A stretch of 43,801 nucleotides of DNA. Source: Roseibacillus sp. Its GTDB lineage: Bacteria; Verrucomicrobiota; Verrucomicrobiia; Verrucomicrobiales; Akkermansiaceae. The position numbers were made by a program, and so were the translations under genes. Positions within the stretch are counted from its first letter, which is position 1; every line of letters starts with the position of its first letter. The notes under the pieces were generated by a model that saw nothing but the letters and a program-made list of their open reading frames with translations, was not told the DNA's origin and did no database searches. Below are positions 19,540 through 29,123 of the stretch, piece by piece. The stretch is taken from the NCBI GenBank assembly GCA_965242925.1, contig CBDEUM010000027.1, forward strand, positions 1-43,801, in the 5' to 3' direction.

Positions 19540-20163
19540 ATGAATCTCCGTCGCTTTCTCATCCTGGTCGTGGCAGCCACCGCCGCCGCCCTTGTTTCCT
19601 GCGGACCGATTCCGCTGGGGAACAATCGTGAAGAGCCTCGTTCCCGCTACCTTGCTGGCGTTGGCGTGACTTCCACCTTGCCCACCGGTCCCGTCAATCC
19701 GGCTGAGTCCTCCAAGTTTTGGGACGGGGACTCGCTCATTGGTCCGACCGCGATCCACATCGTCCGGTCCGAGCAGAAAGCCTACTTCTATAAGGGTGGA
19801 CAGCTGGCAGGCGTGACCCCGGTTTCCACCGGTAATTCAAAGTACACCACCAACCCGGGAGCCTTCAAAGTGAGCCAGAAGGCCGCCGACTACTCCTCGA
19901 GAACCTACGGAACAATCGTCGATATCGCCACCGGAACTGTCATCAATGACGACGCCGATTCACGCAAGGACAAGCCGGGTCCGGGACAACAGTTCGTAGG
20001 ATCGTCCATGCCGCACTTCCTGCGGTTCAACCATGGGGTCGGCATGCACGCCGGCCACCTTCCAGGCTACGCAGCTTCCCACGGCTGTGTGCGCCTTCCG
20101 GCTGACATCGCGAAAAAATTCTTCGAGAATTCCGAAATCGGCACTCCTGTCATCGTGGAGTGA
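19540..20163 (+). CDS. L,D-transpeptidase family (YkuD) lipoprotein
   Basis: Lipobox LVS-C; SEQKAYFYKGG, PVSTG and the catalytic motif HAGHLPGYAASHGCVRL. Confidence 0.9.
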   Translation: MNLRRFLILVVAATAAALVSCGPIPLGNNREEPRSRYLAGVGVTSTLPTGPVNPAESSKFWDGDSLIGPTAIHIVRSEQKAYFYKGGQLAGVTPVSTGNSKYTTNPGAFKVSQKAADYSSRTYGTIVDIATGTVINDDADSRKDKPGPGQQFVGSSMPHFLRFNHGVGMHAGHLPGYAASHGCVRLPADIAKKFFENSEIGTPVIVE

Positions 20164-20243
20164 GTTTCAAGCACACAGCCGGCCTTTTCGACAGCCTGTA
20201 TTGCTGACTTGAACCCTGCGAACTGAACCTTGAAACTCCTGCC

Positions 20244-20744
20244 ATGCGCAACCTGGTCATGACCGTGATCGGCCCGGACCGCCCCGGGCTCGTGGAAGAA
20301 CTGTCTGCCACTGTGACCGGGCATGATGGAAACTGGCTGGAGTCGCGCATGTCCCACCTGTCCGGCCACTTTGCCGGCCTCCTCCGGGTCGAATGCCCGG
20401 AAGAAAACTGTGCGGCCCTGCTCGAGGCCCTGCAGGGCCTCGAGAACCTTACCGTGGAAGTCTCTGAAGAACGTGTTGTAGAGACGAACCGACAGAAAAT
20501 TATCGCATTTGATGTGGTGGGAAACGATCGGCCCGGCATCATTCAGGAACTCTCCTCCGCCATCGTGAGGGTGGGAGGTAATGTCGAGGAACTGGTGAGC
20601 AATCTCGAGTCCGCTCCCCACGCAGGCCATCCGGTCTTCAGAGCCACCGGATCGGTGGCAGTGGCGGCGGACTTCGACGAAGACGGGTTGGTCACTGCCC
20701 TGGAAGCGCTGAGCCCCGACCTGGCGGTAAGCCTGGAATCGTGA
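20244..20744 (+). CDS. GcvR-like tandem-ACT-domain protein (copy 1)
   Basis: LVMTVIGPDRPGLV, GNWLESRMSHLSGHFAG; second ACT VGNDRPGII...GGNVEEL. Confidence 0.88.
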   Translation: MRNLVMTVIGPDRPGLVEELSATVTGHDGNWLESRMSHLSGHFAGLLRVECPEENCAALLEALQGLENLTVEVSEERVVETNRQKIIAFDVVGNDRPGIIQELSSAIVRVGGNVEELVSNLESAPHAGHPVFRATGSVAVAADFDEDGLVTALEALSPDLAVSLES

Positions 20745-21030
20745 GAAGAGTCCACTCGGAAAATAGGGCAGCACCCTGTGCGCCTTCTGGCCCAACACGG
20801 CAAACCGGCCCTCCGGTCGTCCGGCCATCAGATGCCTCACCTCCTCTCCATTTGAGCGCAACCCCTCTCTCCCTCGATCAATCCCTGTCACGAGGGATCA
20901 ATCCGTGACAATTGAGCATCCTAAGTGTGATCGCAGGCCCGATTCCAGCATCTTCTCATTCTCTTTTCTTTTTTATTCCCATTCTGCGGTCGCGCTGGAC
21001 AGGGGGCAGATATGCACCCCAAAGTGGGGT

Positions 21031-21558
21031 ATGGATCACTCCTTGGTAATGACTGTTCTCGGCCCCGATCGTCCGGGCCTGCTCGCCACTCTGTCGGAAA
21101 CCATTTACTCGCACGGCGGCAGTTGGTTTGAGTCGAAACTGGCACGCTTCGCCGGACATTTCGCCGGAATCCTGCGCTGCGACTGCCCCGACAGGCGGCA
21201 CGATGAGTTGATCGAGGCCCTCACCCAGCTGGAGGGTCTGAGCATGCAGATCGTCAAGGAAGTCAACGTCCCCCACCGGATCGTCAAACACCTCAACTTC
21301 GATGTGCACGGCCACCATCACCCTGGAATCGTACGCAAGATCTCATCCATCATAGCGCAGATCGGTGGAAACCTTGAAGAACTCAGCACGGAACGTGACG
21401 CGGCTCCCCAACCGGGCCACTTCCTCTTCCGCACCATCGGGTGCGTGGCCGTCAACGCCGATTTCGAGATGGGCAAGCTGGAGCACATGCTCCAGGAACT
21501 GGGCTCGGATATCACCGTGACGGTGGAGACGCCCCCTTCGGCCGCTACCGCCGCATAG
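21031..21558 (+). CDS. GcvR-like tandem-ACT-domain protein (copy 2)
   Basis: [32 protein letters not shown] and GGNLEEL; aligns end to end with copy 1 from the ATG at 21031. Its 3' end overlaps the convergent trpG by 14 nt. Confidence 0.85.
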   Translation: MDHSLVMTVLGPDRPGLLATLSETIYSHGGSWFESKLARFAGHFAGILRCDCPDRRHDELIEALTQLEGLSMQIVKEVNVPHRIVKHLNFDVHGHHHPGIVRKISSIIAQIGGNLEELSTERDAAPQPGHFLFRTIGCVAVNADFEMGKLEHMLQELGSDITVTVETPPSAATAA

Positions 21559-22111
21559 CGAGAAAGTTTCCCAAGAGTTTCTTGCCGCCCTCGGTCAGGA
21601 TCGATTCGGGGTGAAACTGCACGCCGTGGACCGGATGCTCCCGGTGCCGCACCCCCATGACCAGACCGTCGCACCAAGCCGTCACCTCAAGGCAATCGGG
21701 AAGCGATTCACGGCGTATAATAAGGGAGTGATAGCGAGTGGCCTCGATTGGATTGCCCAGGCCATCAAAAACGCCGTGCCCGTCGTGCTCGATCATGGAG
21801 GTCTTTCCGTGCATGAGCTGGTCGGCACGCACCACTTCGCCACCGTAAACCTGTCCAATAGCCTGGTGCCCCAGACAGACCCCCAGGATGGGGAAGTCCG
21901 CCCCCAGTTCCCGGATGACCTCACAACTCACCCCCGCTTCGTTGGGAGTGCAGGGGCCTGGCGAAATACAGATGCGTTCCGGTGCCAGTTCACGAATCTC
22001 CTCCACCGTCACCTCGTCGTTGCGGTGGACCTGCATCTCTGCGCCCAGCTCGCCAAAAAACTGCACCAGATTGTAGGTGAAGGAATCGTAGTTGTCGATG
22101 ACTAGCAGCAT
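21545..22111 (-). CDS. trpG: Anthranilate/aminodeoxychorismate synthase component II (glutamine amidotransferase)
   Basis: [40 protein letters not shown]; lies downstream of trpE. Confidence 0.93.
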   Translation of the reverse strand: MLLVIDNYDSFTYNLVQFFGELGAEMQVHRNDEVTVEEIRELAPERICISPGPCTPNEAGVSCEVIRELGADFPILGVCLGHQAIGQVYGGEVVRADQLMHGKTSMIEHDGHGVFDGLGNPIEATRYHSLIIRRESLPDCLEVTAWCDGLVMGVRHREHPVHGVQFHPESILTEGGKKLLGNFLAMRR

Positions 22112-22264
22112 GGGGGGGGTGGCGGTTGGGTATGGGGCGCTGGATAGAATCAGTCGCTGGGGATTTGAGTTCGGGGGCGCCGCATCCTTCCGGCAACAAT
22201 CGGAACTATGGGCACCACCATGTCCCGTTCTCTAATCAACTCATTCATGGTTCCCGGCGCTCCT

Positions 22265-23764
22265 TCAATCCTCCAGTGTCCTCGCCAGAGCGATGGCCCT
22301 CAGCATGCCCATCGCCTTATTGACCGTTTCGTTGTACTCGTAGGTAGGATCGCTGTCCGCCACAACACCAGCGCCCGCCTGCACATAAACCTTGCCTTCC
22401 TTGAGGAGACACGTGCGCAGGGCGATGCAGGAGTCGTGCGCACCGTCCCACCCGAAGTAACCCACCGCCCCTGCGTAGGCGTTGCGCTTGTTGCACTCCA
22501 GTTCATTGATGATCTGCATAGCCCTGATCTTGGGGGCCCCGCTCACCGTGCCAGCCGGGAAGGTGGCTCGCAGGACATCGTAGGAACTGTGCTCCGGGGA
22601 GAGTTTACCCGTAACATTGGAGACGATGTGCATGACATGGCTGTAGCGCTCCACGATCATGAAGTCGTCTACTTCCACCGTGGCGTGAGTGGCGATACGT
22701 CCCACATCGTTGCGGGCCAGATCCACCAGCATGACATGCTCGGCGCGCTCCTTCTCGTCGGCCAGAAGGTCGGCGGCAAGGGCATCGTCTTCCTCAGGGG
22801 TCCGGCCGCGCCATCGCGTACCCGCGATGGGCCGGATGTCGATACGGTCGTCGATACAACGCACATGCACCTCGGGAGAACTACCCACCAGGGAGAAGTC
22901 ACCCAACTCAAGAATGAACATGTAGGGGGAGGGATTGACGTGACGCAGGGCACGATAGAGATCGATGGGAGCCGCTTCAAAGGGCGCCTCGAAACGCTGG
23001 CTGGGCACCACCTGGAAGATATCACCAGCCCCGATGTATTCCTTGGCCTTGCTCACCATGGCCTCAAACTGCTCCTGCGTGGTATTACTCACAGGATTCG
23101 GGGTCACCGTGTCCTGCAGACCGTTGAGAGCCGGGACATGCAGGGGGCGATCAAGAATTTCAATCAACGAGGACACTCGTCCCACGGCCTCAAGGTAGGC
23201 TTCCTCCGGAGTGCCATGATCGTCCAGCATGGCATTGGCCACCACCAACAGACGGCGCAACTTGTGATCAAACAGAAGTAACGTGTCCGTGATCAAAAAA
23301 ACTGCCTCGGGCAATTCGAGATCATCCAGTGGCGGTTCGCCAATACTCGGCTCGAATTGCCGCACCGCATCGTAGGCCAGGTAGCCCACCGCTCCTCCGA
23401 AAAAGGGGGGCGCATTCCCATGGGCCACGGGCTGAAAACGAGCCATGAATTTCTCAAGTTCAGCCAGAGGATCGCGCTCGGCGCTGATCACCTCCTCCTC
23501 GCTGCCATTCCGAATACGAACCTCCTTGCCGCGGGCCTCGAAAACCCGGCGTGGACCGCTCCCCACGATTGACCAGCGACCACCGGCATCGGTGCTCTCC
23601 GCGCTCTCAAAGAGAAACGCATGGCGCCCGTCCCGAATCTTGAGGTAGGCCGAGAGGGGAGTCTCGAAATCCGCGGTCAACTGGGCGTATACCGGCACCA
23701 CGTTTCCCTGCTCCGCGAGTTCGCGGAACTCTTCAATCGATGGTTTGACAGCCGGAAGGAACAA
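22265..23764 (-). CDS. trpE: Anthranilate synthase component I (start uncertain: TTG 23764 or 23800)
   Basis: ADFETPLSAY, FLFESAE, GDIFQVVPSQRF, NPSPYM (Trp feedback motif), SSPE, KERAEHVMLVDLARND, FPAGTVSGAPKIRAM. Confidence 0.93.
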   Translation of the reverse strand: MFLPAVKPSIEEFRELAEQGNVVPVYAQLTADFETPLSAYLKIRDGRHAFLFESAESTDAGGRWSIVGSGPRRVFEARGKEVRIRNGSEEEVISAERDPLAELEKFMARFQPVAHGNAPPFFGGAVGYLAYDAVRQFEPSIGEPPLDDLELPEAVFLITDTLLLFDHKLRRLLVVANAMLDDHGTPEEAYLEAVGRVSSLIEILDRPLHVPALNGLQDTVTPNPVSNTTQEQFEAMVSKAKEYIGAGDIFQVVPSQRFEAPFEAAPIDLYRALRHVNPSPYMFILELGDFSLVGSSPEVHVRCIDDRIDIRPIAGTRWRGRTPEEDDALAADLLADEKERAEHVMLVDLARNDVGRIATHATVEVDDFMIVERYSHVMHIVSNVTGKLSPEHSSYDVLRATFPAGTVSGAPKIRAMQIINELECNKRNAYAGAVGYFGWDGAHDSCIALRTCLLKEGKVYVQAGAGVVADSDPTYEYNETVNKAMGMLRAIALARTLED

Positions 23765-23823
23765 GGGGCGAGAGCATGACCGGGAACCGTCGAAGCGCAA
23801 CGGTTAAAAGCCCCCCGGAGGCG

Positions 23824-24657
23824 CTATCCGATGGCCAGATTCATCTGATCCATGACCCCCGGCGGAGAGCCCCCGGGCGCTCCCTCTTCCATGATCTCCA
23901 CCCAGCAGGTGGGCGTATCCTGCGAGGCTACGCGGACATCGAGTTGTCCCCCTGATGCCGACGCCCGCATCACGGCAGCAGCCAAATCGGGGCAATTGCA
24001 ATCGCGACTCAGGTGCCCCAGCACCACCGTCTCCAACCCATGAGCAAGAAGATCCTTCACCAGCTCCGCCGTTTGCGTATTGGAGAGATGACCATGGCGT
24101 GAGGAAATGCGCTGCTTGATAGACCAGGGCCGCTTGGTGTCCTCCTCCAGCATTCCCTGGTCGTAGTTGGCCTCCACCAAAAGAGCGCAGACCCCGCGCA
24201 GGCGCTCACGCACGAGAGTGGTCACGTGACCGAAGTCTGTCGCGAACCCGACCCGCGTTCCACTCGCCTCACAGACAAACCCAACCGGGTCAACCGCATC
24301 GTGCGGGAGGGCAAAGGCCTCCACCGTGATTCCACCCACCTGGAACGACTGGCTGCGTTGAAAGATCCGCCACTCGATCTGATCGCCCAACCGTTCCTCC
24401 AGCAACTCACGGGTGAGCGCATTGGAATAAACCGGTATGGGGCGTTTACGCAGGAATACCTCCAGCCCGCCGGTGTGGTCGCTGTGTTCATGCGACAGGA
24501 GAATGCCGTCGATGGAATCGGGATCTACGCCAACACTCTGCAACCGCTGGCAGAGCTGCCTGGCGCTGAGGCCTGCGTCAATCAGGATGGTGGTTTCCCG
24601 ATCGGTCACTACGACGGCGTTTCCACCGCTACCGCTTCCCAGGACCGCCAGCCTCAT
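23824..24657 (-). CDS. Metallo-beta-lactamase-fold hydrolase (YycJ/WalJ-like)
   Basis: LGSGSGGN, IDAG, SHEHSDH (HxHxDH), PHDAVDP, EANYD, GHLSN, HLS. Confidence 0.9.
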   Translation of the reverse strand: MRLAVLGSGSGGNAVVVTDRETTILIDAGLSARQLCQRLQSVGVDPDSIDGILLSHEHSDHTGGLEVFLRKRPIPVYSNALTRELLEERLGDQIEWRIFQRSQSFQVGGITVEAFALPHDAVDPVGFVCEASGTRVGFATDFGHVTTLVRERLRGVCALLVEANYDQGMLEEDTKRPWSIKQRISSRHGHLSNTQTAELVKDLLAHGLETVVLGHLSRDCNCPDLAAAVMRASASGGQLDVRVASQDTPTCWVEIMEEGAPGGSPPGVMDQMNLAIG

Positions 24658-24822
24658 ACTCCACAAACCTTAAGGATCTTCTTCCTCCGCTGCGAGATTG
24701 AATTACATATTTCCCTCCAGTTTTTCAGATATTCCCAACCGCAACACCTGTGCTACAATCAATCTGCTCGTCATTATAGCCGCTTCGCTCATCAACCCTC
24801 CTCTTCCTGACAAGCCACCACC

Positions 24823-27800
24823 TTGAAATCCGTCCATCTCTTCCGCCGGCTTCACCACTTCAAGGCGCTCGTCCTGGCATCCCTGACCCTCGTAGTGCTG
24901 GGAGCGTTCGTGGGACTTTACTGGCTGAACAGCCATGGCTTCGCCGGTCGCTGGAGCGAACGCATCGCGGCGGAACTCACCCGGCGGGGCATCCACGCCG
25001 AATTCGAGTCGGTCCGCTTTTCCCCCACCCGCGGGGTGATCGTCAAAAAGGTGCTTTTTTTCACCGATGAAACCCGGCAGGAAATCTACGCCCGCATCCC
25101 CGTCCTGCGATTCGAGGTGGACCGTGGAAAGGCCTTCCGGGGCAAACTCCAGATTCGACGGGCCAACATAGAAAAGGCCCAACTCACGGTGCCGGTGGGC
25201 GAGGATCTTTCCCTGCAGATTGATGACCTGACCGGCCGGGCCAGCGTGGACCGCCATAATCGTCTCCGCTTGGAGGCTGACCGGGGCACTCTTGGAGGTA
25301 TGAAATTCCAGCTGAAAATCGAACTGGACGGCTTCCAACTCGGCAAGCTGCCCGACGGACTCGACACAAAGACCAGCTCCGAGCGCCGGGCCAGTTTCAC
25401 CAGGGACCTCCTCAAGGAACTGGCCCGCTGGTCCTTTCCCGCGGACGTCCCCCCGCTCCTCCGGTTGCATGTCAAAGGAAGCCTCGATCAACCGACCCGC
25501 ATCCGCACAACCATTTCCCTCACCGCGGACGAACTCAAGCGACTCGACTACCCCATGGAGGATGTCCATATCTCCGGTGAACTCGACAGCCGGGCCCTGA
25601 CCATTGATGCCCTGCGCTTCTCGGACGGCGGAGGACAACTAAGTCTGCAGGCACACTATGACCTTGAAGACAGGACCGGCGGATACCAGGGCTCTTCCTC
25701 CATTCAGATCACGGACCTGCTGCGAAATGGACTTCAGGACGACTCCCTTTCTCAGTTCGTATCCCCCCACGCGCCACAGCTGGACGCCCGCGGGAAGTTC
25801 GCCCTGGGCGAGGAGAGCATCCGCCTCAGTGCCATCGGTTCCCTGTCCTGCAATCACTTCCGTTTCCTGGATATTCCCTTCGATAAGATCAACACCGAGT
25901 TCTCCTGGCAGAATGGCGATATCTACCTGCGGAACCTCATCGTCAAACACGAGACCGGTGAACTGACCGGCGAAGTCAAATTGAAGGATGACCTCGTTCA
26001 ATACCGTGCGCGTAGCAGCCTGCCGTTGTCTGCCTACCAGCCGTTCATGAAGGAAAAAGCCGGACTTGAGCGGACCCTAGCAGACAGCAAGTTCACCAGC
26101 GAAAGCCGCATTCTTATAGATGCCCGGGGATCCATCCAGAGGAGCAACCTTCGTGACTGGGATGCTACCGGAACCCTTCGTATCGAGAATTTCTTCTACA
26201 ACGAAGTGCCGATCGTCCTCGCCGCCGCAGACTTCTACATGTCCCCCCTCGACTACATCTTCGACAACGTGGAGGCGGTCTTCGACTACCGGACCCACGA
26301 ACGCAGGAAAGAGTTCGAGGGCCCGGCATCGGGGACGATCCGGGCACGCCAGGTCCACTTCGACGCCGAGACAGAGCTTACAAGCCTGATCACCCTGAAG
26401 GGCAAAGCCTGGCCAGCCCCCCTCCTGCAACTCTTCCTTCCCGACACTGCCCGGCATATCGCGGAGACTTACCGCTTCCGCAATCCTCCCTACCTTGTTG
26501 CCAACGGCATCATCGATCACCGCAACCCTGACACGCGCACCGATATGCTTACCGAAGTGACGGCCGACGGCCTGACAGACTGCAACTTCCTTGGACAATC
26601 CGTGGAGGTCTCAGGACTCTCAGGCAAGATCAATGTCCGCCACCGGCAGAACGAAATCACAGAACTCACCATGGAAGCCCTGGGCGGCAGGATCGACGGC
26701 AGCGTCACACACCGCTCGCACCCCGATCGCCTTTCCATCGGCCTGCAGTGCCGGGATCTCGACATCTCGAAGGTCAGCACGACCTTCGACTTTTCCACAG
26801 TGATCCCGGGCTCCCTCACCGCGTCCGTGACGGCCGAGGCCTCCAGAGACCCGGGCGATGACGGAACAGGAAAATGGGGCGTCGAGGGATCCTGCGAGCT
26901 GGGGACCTGCTCCTACAATGAAGTCCCCCTCGCGGGAGGATCCACCCGGTTCGCCATTGGCCCGGAGGGCTATACCTTCACGGACGGAAAACTGGAGTTC
27001 GACTACACCGACTATCTCCTCAGAAAGCGCCACGGCGGCCCCCAGCGGGCGAACATGCAGGTTGATCGCATCCAGTACCACCGGGAGAACCACACGACAG
27101 ACATTGCCAACCTGACCGGTAGCGTCTGGCCCGGCCCCCTCCTCCGCCTCGTCGATTCCAAGGGCGCGGACCTCGTGGACGAAATGTTCGGCTTCCACCA
27201 ACCGCCGCTCATCAGCACTTCCGGCCGGGCCGATCACAGCAAGCCGGGGACCGGCACTCTCCTCACATCGACCGTAAAGGGACAGGGGATCATCGATTAC
27301 GAGTTTCTCGACCGGACCCTTCAACTCACTTCAGCGTCCGCCAGCATCAAAACCACCCCGAATCGCCACGAGGTGAAAAAACTCCTTTTCGGCACTTTTG
27401 GCGGAACCGGCGGCGGAGAGGTCACCGTCACGTCAACGCCCGAAGAATCGACCCTCATCGAGGCCGGCCTGCGCTGGGACGACCTGAACCTCTCCGAGAT
27501 CGGCCGAACGTTCGAATTCGAGAAAGCCCCTCAGGGAAAGATCACCGGACGCATTGATTTCACCACCCTCGCCGGACGAACCGATACGCTGAATGGCAAG
27601 GGTGTGATCGGCCTGCGCAACGGACAGCTCTTTCACGTTCCCATCTTCGGCCCCCTCTCCCTTCCGCTGGGCACGGTCCTGAGCAAGGAGTTCAGCCACG
27701 AGCAGGCCCGTGACGCCTCTACCACCTTCGTCCTCAAGAATGGCGTTGCCTTTACCAGGGACTTCCTGACCTCCACCCCTTCCACCACTTTCGTCGGAGA

Positions 27801-28035
27801 AGGGTCCGTCGACCTGGTCAACAAGCAGGTGGACCTGACCATGCGCATGAATGCGCGGGGCCTGCTCGGCCTGGTGACGCTCCCCCTCACTCCGGTCAAG
27901 GGTCTCTTCCAGTTCCGCGGGCAGGGTCCTCTCAGCAAACCCGCCTGGCGCAGCGCCCCCTTCACCCAGCCAGCCGGAGGCCGGGCCCACCCCATTTTTA
28001 AAACCCCCCGTGCCAAAATCGTGCCCGAACGCTGA
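24823..28035 (+). CDS. AsmA-like (repeating beta-groove) envelope protein, 1070 aa
   Basis: Single N-terminal TM (LVLASLTLVVLGAFVGLYWL); long amphipathic beta-strand body; AsmA-like C-terminus LNGKGVIGLRNGQLFHVPIFGPL...GEGSVDL...FRGQGPLSKPAW. Confidence 0.75.
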   Translation: MKSVHLFRRLHHFKALVLASLTLVVLGAFVGLYWLNSHGFAGRWSERIAAELTRRGIHAEFESVRFSPTRGVIVKKVLFFTDETRQEIYARIPVLRFEVDRGKAFRGKLQIRRANIEKAQLTVPVGEDLSLQIDDLTGRASVDRHNRLRLEADRGTLGGMKFQLKIELDGFQLGKLPDGLDTKTSSERRASFTRDLLKELARWSFPADVPPLLRLHVKGSLDQPTRIRTTISLTADELKRLDYPMEDVHISGELDSRALTIDALRFSDGGGQLSLQAHYDLEDRTGGYQGSSSIQITDLLRNGLQDDSLSQFVSPHAPQLDARGKFALGEESIRLSAIGSLSCNHFRFLDIPFDKINTEFSWQNGDIYLRNLIVKHETGELTGEVKLKDDLVQYRARSSLPLSAYQPFMKEKAGLERTLADSKFTSESRILIDARGSIQRSNLRDWDATGTLRIENFFYNEVPIVLAAADFYMSPLDYIFDNVEAVFDYRTHERRKEFEGPASGTIRARQVHFDAETELTSLITLKGKAWPAPLLQLFLPDTARHIAETYRFRNPPYLVANGIIDHRNPDTRTDMLTEVTADGLTDCNFLGQSVEVSGLSGKINVRHRQNEITELTMEALGGRIDGSVTHRSHPDRLSIGLQCRDLDISKVSTTFDFSTVIPGSLTASVTAEASRDPGDDGTGKWGVEGSCELGTCSYNEVPLAGGSTRFAIGPEGYTFTDGKLEFDYTDYLLRKRHGGPQRANMQVDRIQYHRENHTTDIANLTGSVWPGPLLRLVDSKGADLVDEMFGFHQPPLISTSGRADHSKPGTGTLLTSTVKGQGIIDYEFLDRTLQLTSASASIKTTPNRHEVKKLLFGTFGGTGGGEVTVTSTPEESTLIEAGLRWDDLNLSEIGRTFEFEKAPQGKITGRIDFTTLAGRTDTLNGKGVIGLRNGQLFHVPIFGPLSLPLGTVLSKEFSHEQARDASTTFVLKNGVAFTRDFLTSTPSTTFVGEGSVDLVNKQVDLTMRMNARGLLGLVTLPLTPVKGLFQFRGQGPLSKPAWRSAPFTQPAGGRAHPIFKTPRAKIVPER

Positions 28036-28152
28036 GATCCGGGAAAACAGCCGCAAGCAGCGATTCGACACGACCAGAGACCCGGCTCCACCAGAGCTTG
28101 CGCCCCGGCACATTCTGCGTCACGTTCACTCCATCCAGAGGATTCAAGAACC

Positions 28153-28578
28153 ATGAGTGAACCCATTGCCAATCAGGAGGAGCAGTCTGGGACTCCCTCC
28201 TCCACCCAGCAAGCGGCCAACGACCTGCGCGAGGCCGCTGGAGAAAACCCCCGCCAGATCGCCCAGAGTGCGGAAGAACGGGCACAGTTACTTAAGGAAT
28301 CCGCTGCCCAGAAGGCCCAACACTTCAGAGAGTATGCTGGCGAGAAGGCGTCCCAGATTGCCGATGCTGCCGGCGAGAAGGCGTCCCAGTTCAAGGACGT
28401 TGCCGGCGAGAAGGCGTCCCAGTTCAAGGACGTTGCCGGTGAGCACTGGGAGGAAACCCGGGTCAAGGCGCGCGAAGTCCACGCCGACCTGGAAGAGTAT
28501 ATCCGGCAACATCCCACCAAGTCTGTCATGGTGGCGGCCGGAGTGGGATTCCTGCTCGGTCTGATCGTGCGCAGGTGA
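28153..28578 (+). CDS. YqjD/ElaB (DUF883) family tail-anchored membrane protein
   Basis: Helical body followed by EEYIRQHPTKSVMVAAGVGFLLGLIVRR, the typical DUF883 C-terminus. Confidence 0.88.
   Translation: MSEPIANQEEQSGTPSSTQQAANDLREAAGENPRQIAQSAEERAQLLKESAAQKAQHFREYAGEKASQIADAAGEKASQFKDVAGEKASQFKDVAGEHWEETRVKAREVHADLEEYIRQHPTKSVMVAAGVGFLLGLIVRR
28336..28443 (+). repeat. 33-bp in-frame tandem repeat, about 3.3 copies
   Basis: Units start at 28336, 28369, 28402 and (partial) 28435; copies 2 and 3 are identical (gccggcgagaaggcgtcccagttcaaggacgtt). Confidence 0.95.
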
Positions 28579-28637
28579 GCACCCCGTATCTCCGCCCCCC
28601 TGCCCAACTCCCTCTTCCCTCGCCCCTGCGACGTGCT

Positions 28638-29123
28638 ATGTCCGGCTGGTTCCAAAAGTCCGGCTCCGCCCCCGACTCCTCACCGGAAAACGGGAAACAT
28701 GACTCTGCCGGGAAATCAACCCACCAGTTCAGGGAAGGTCTTGGCGATCATCTGAAAGCCCGCGCCGAACTCCTCTCCATCGAGACGCGTGAAGCGGGTG
28801 AAGTGGCAGCCCGAAAGGGATCACTCGCGATCGTCGCCGTCGCGTTCCTCTTTTTTTCATATGCTCTCGTCCTTATCACCGTCGTCTCCCTCCTCGGCCG
28901 CTGGGTGGAGACCCTGTCCAGTCAGTTCTCCGGACTTGGATGGCAACTGGCTGCCCTGGGGGCCGGTTGCCTGCATTTCCTCGTCGCCCTCGCCCTTTTC
29001 AGGAAACTGAAACAAAAACAGGAGCTCAAACTCTTCGAATTCACGCGAGCAGAGTTCAACAAAGACCGCGAATGGCTCAACCAAAACAAAACCTCCGCGA
29101 ACGAAAACGAGAGCTCGTCCTGA
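28638..29123 (+). CDS. YqjE-like / phage-holin-family two-TM membrane protein (alternative GTG start 28575)
   Basis: RAELLSIETREA, two hydrophobic segments and FEFTRAEFNKDREWL; follows the DUF883 gene as yqjE follows yqjD. Confidence 0.8.
   Translation: MSGWFQKSGSAPDSSPENGKHDSAGKSTHQFREGLGDHLKARAELLSIETREAGEVAARKGSLAIVAVAFLFFSYALVLITVVSLLGRWVETLSSQFSGLGWQLAALGAGCLHFLVALALFRKLKQKQELKLFEFTRAEFNKDREWLNQNKTSANENESSS

Noticed and set aside
20140..20163. L,D-transpeptidase C-terminus GTPVIVE as a fourth case of the shared tail motif
   Set aside because: GTPVxV is the normal last strand of the YkuD catalytic domain and lacks the Ala of the motif.
28336..28443. 33-bp repeats as a possible mini-CRISPR
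   Set aside because: Head-to-tail with no spacers; they encode an 11-aa helical repeat.
28638..29123. Holin-family gene as evidence of a prophage
   Set aside because: The context matches the cellular yqjDEK arrangement; no endolysin, integrase or structural phage genes.
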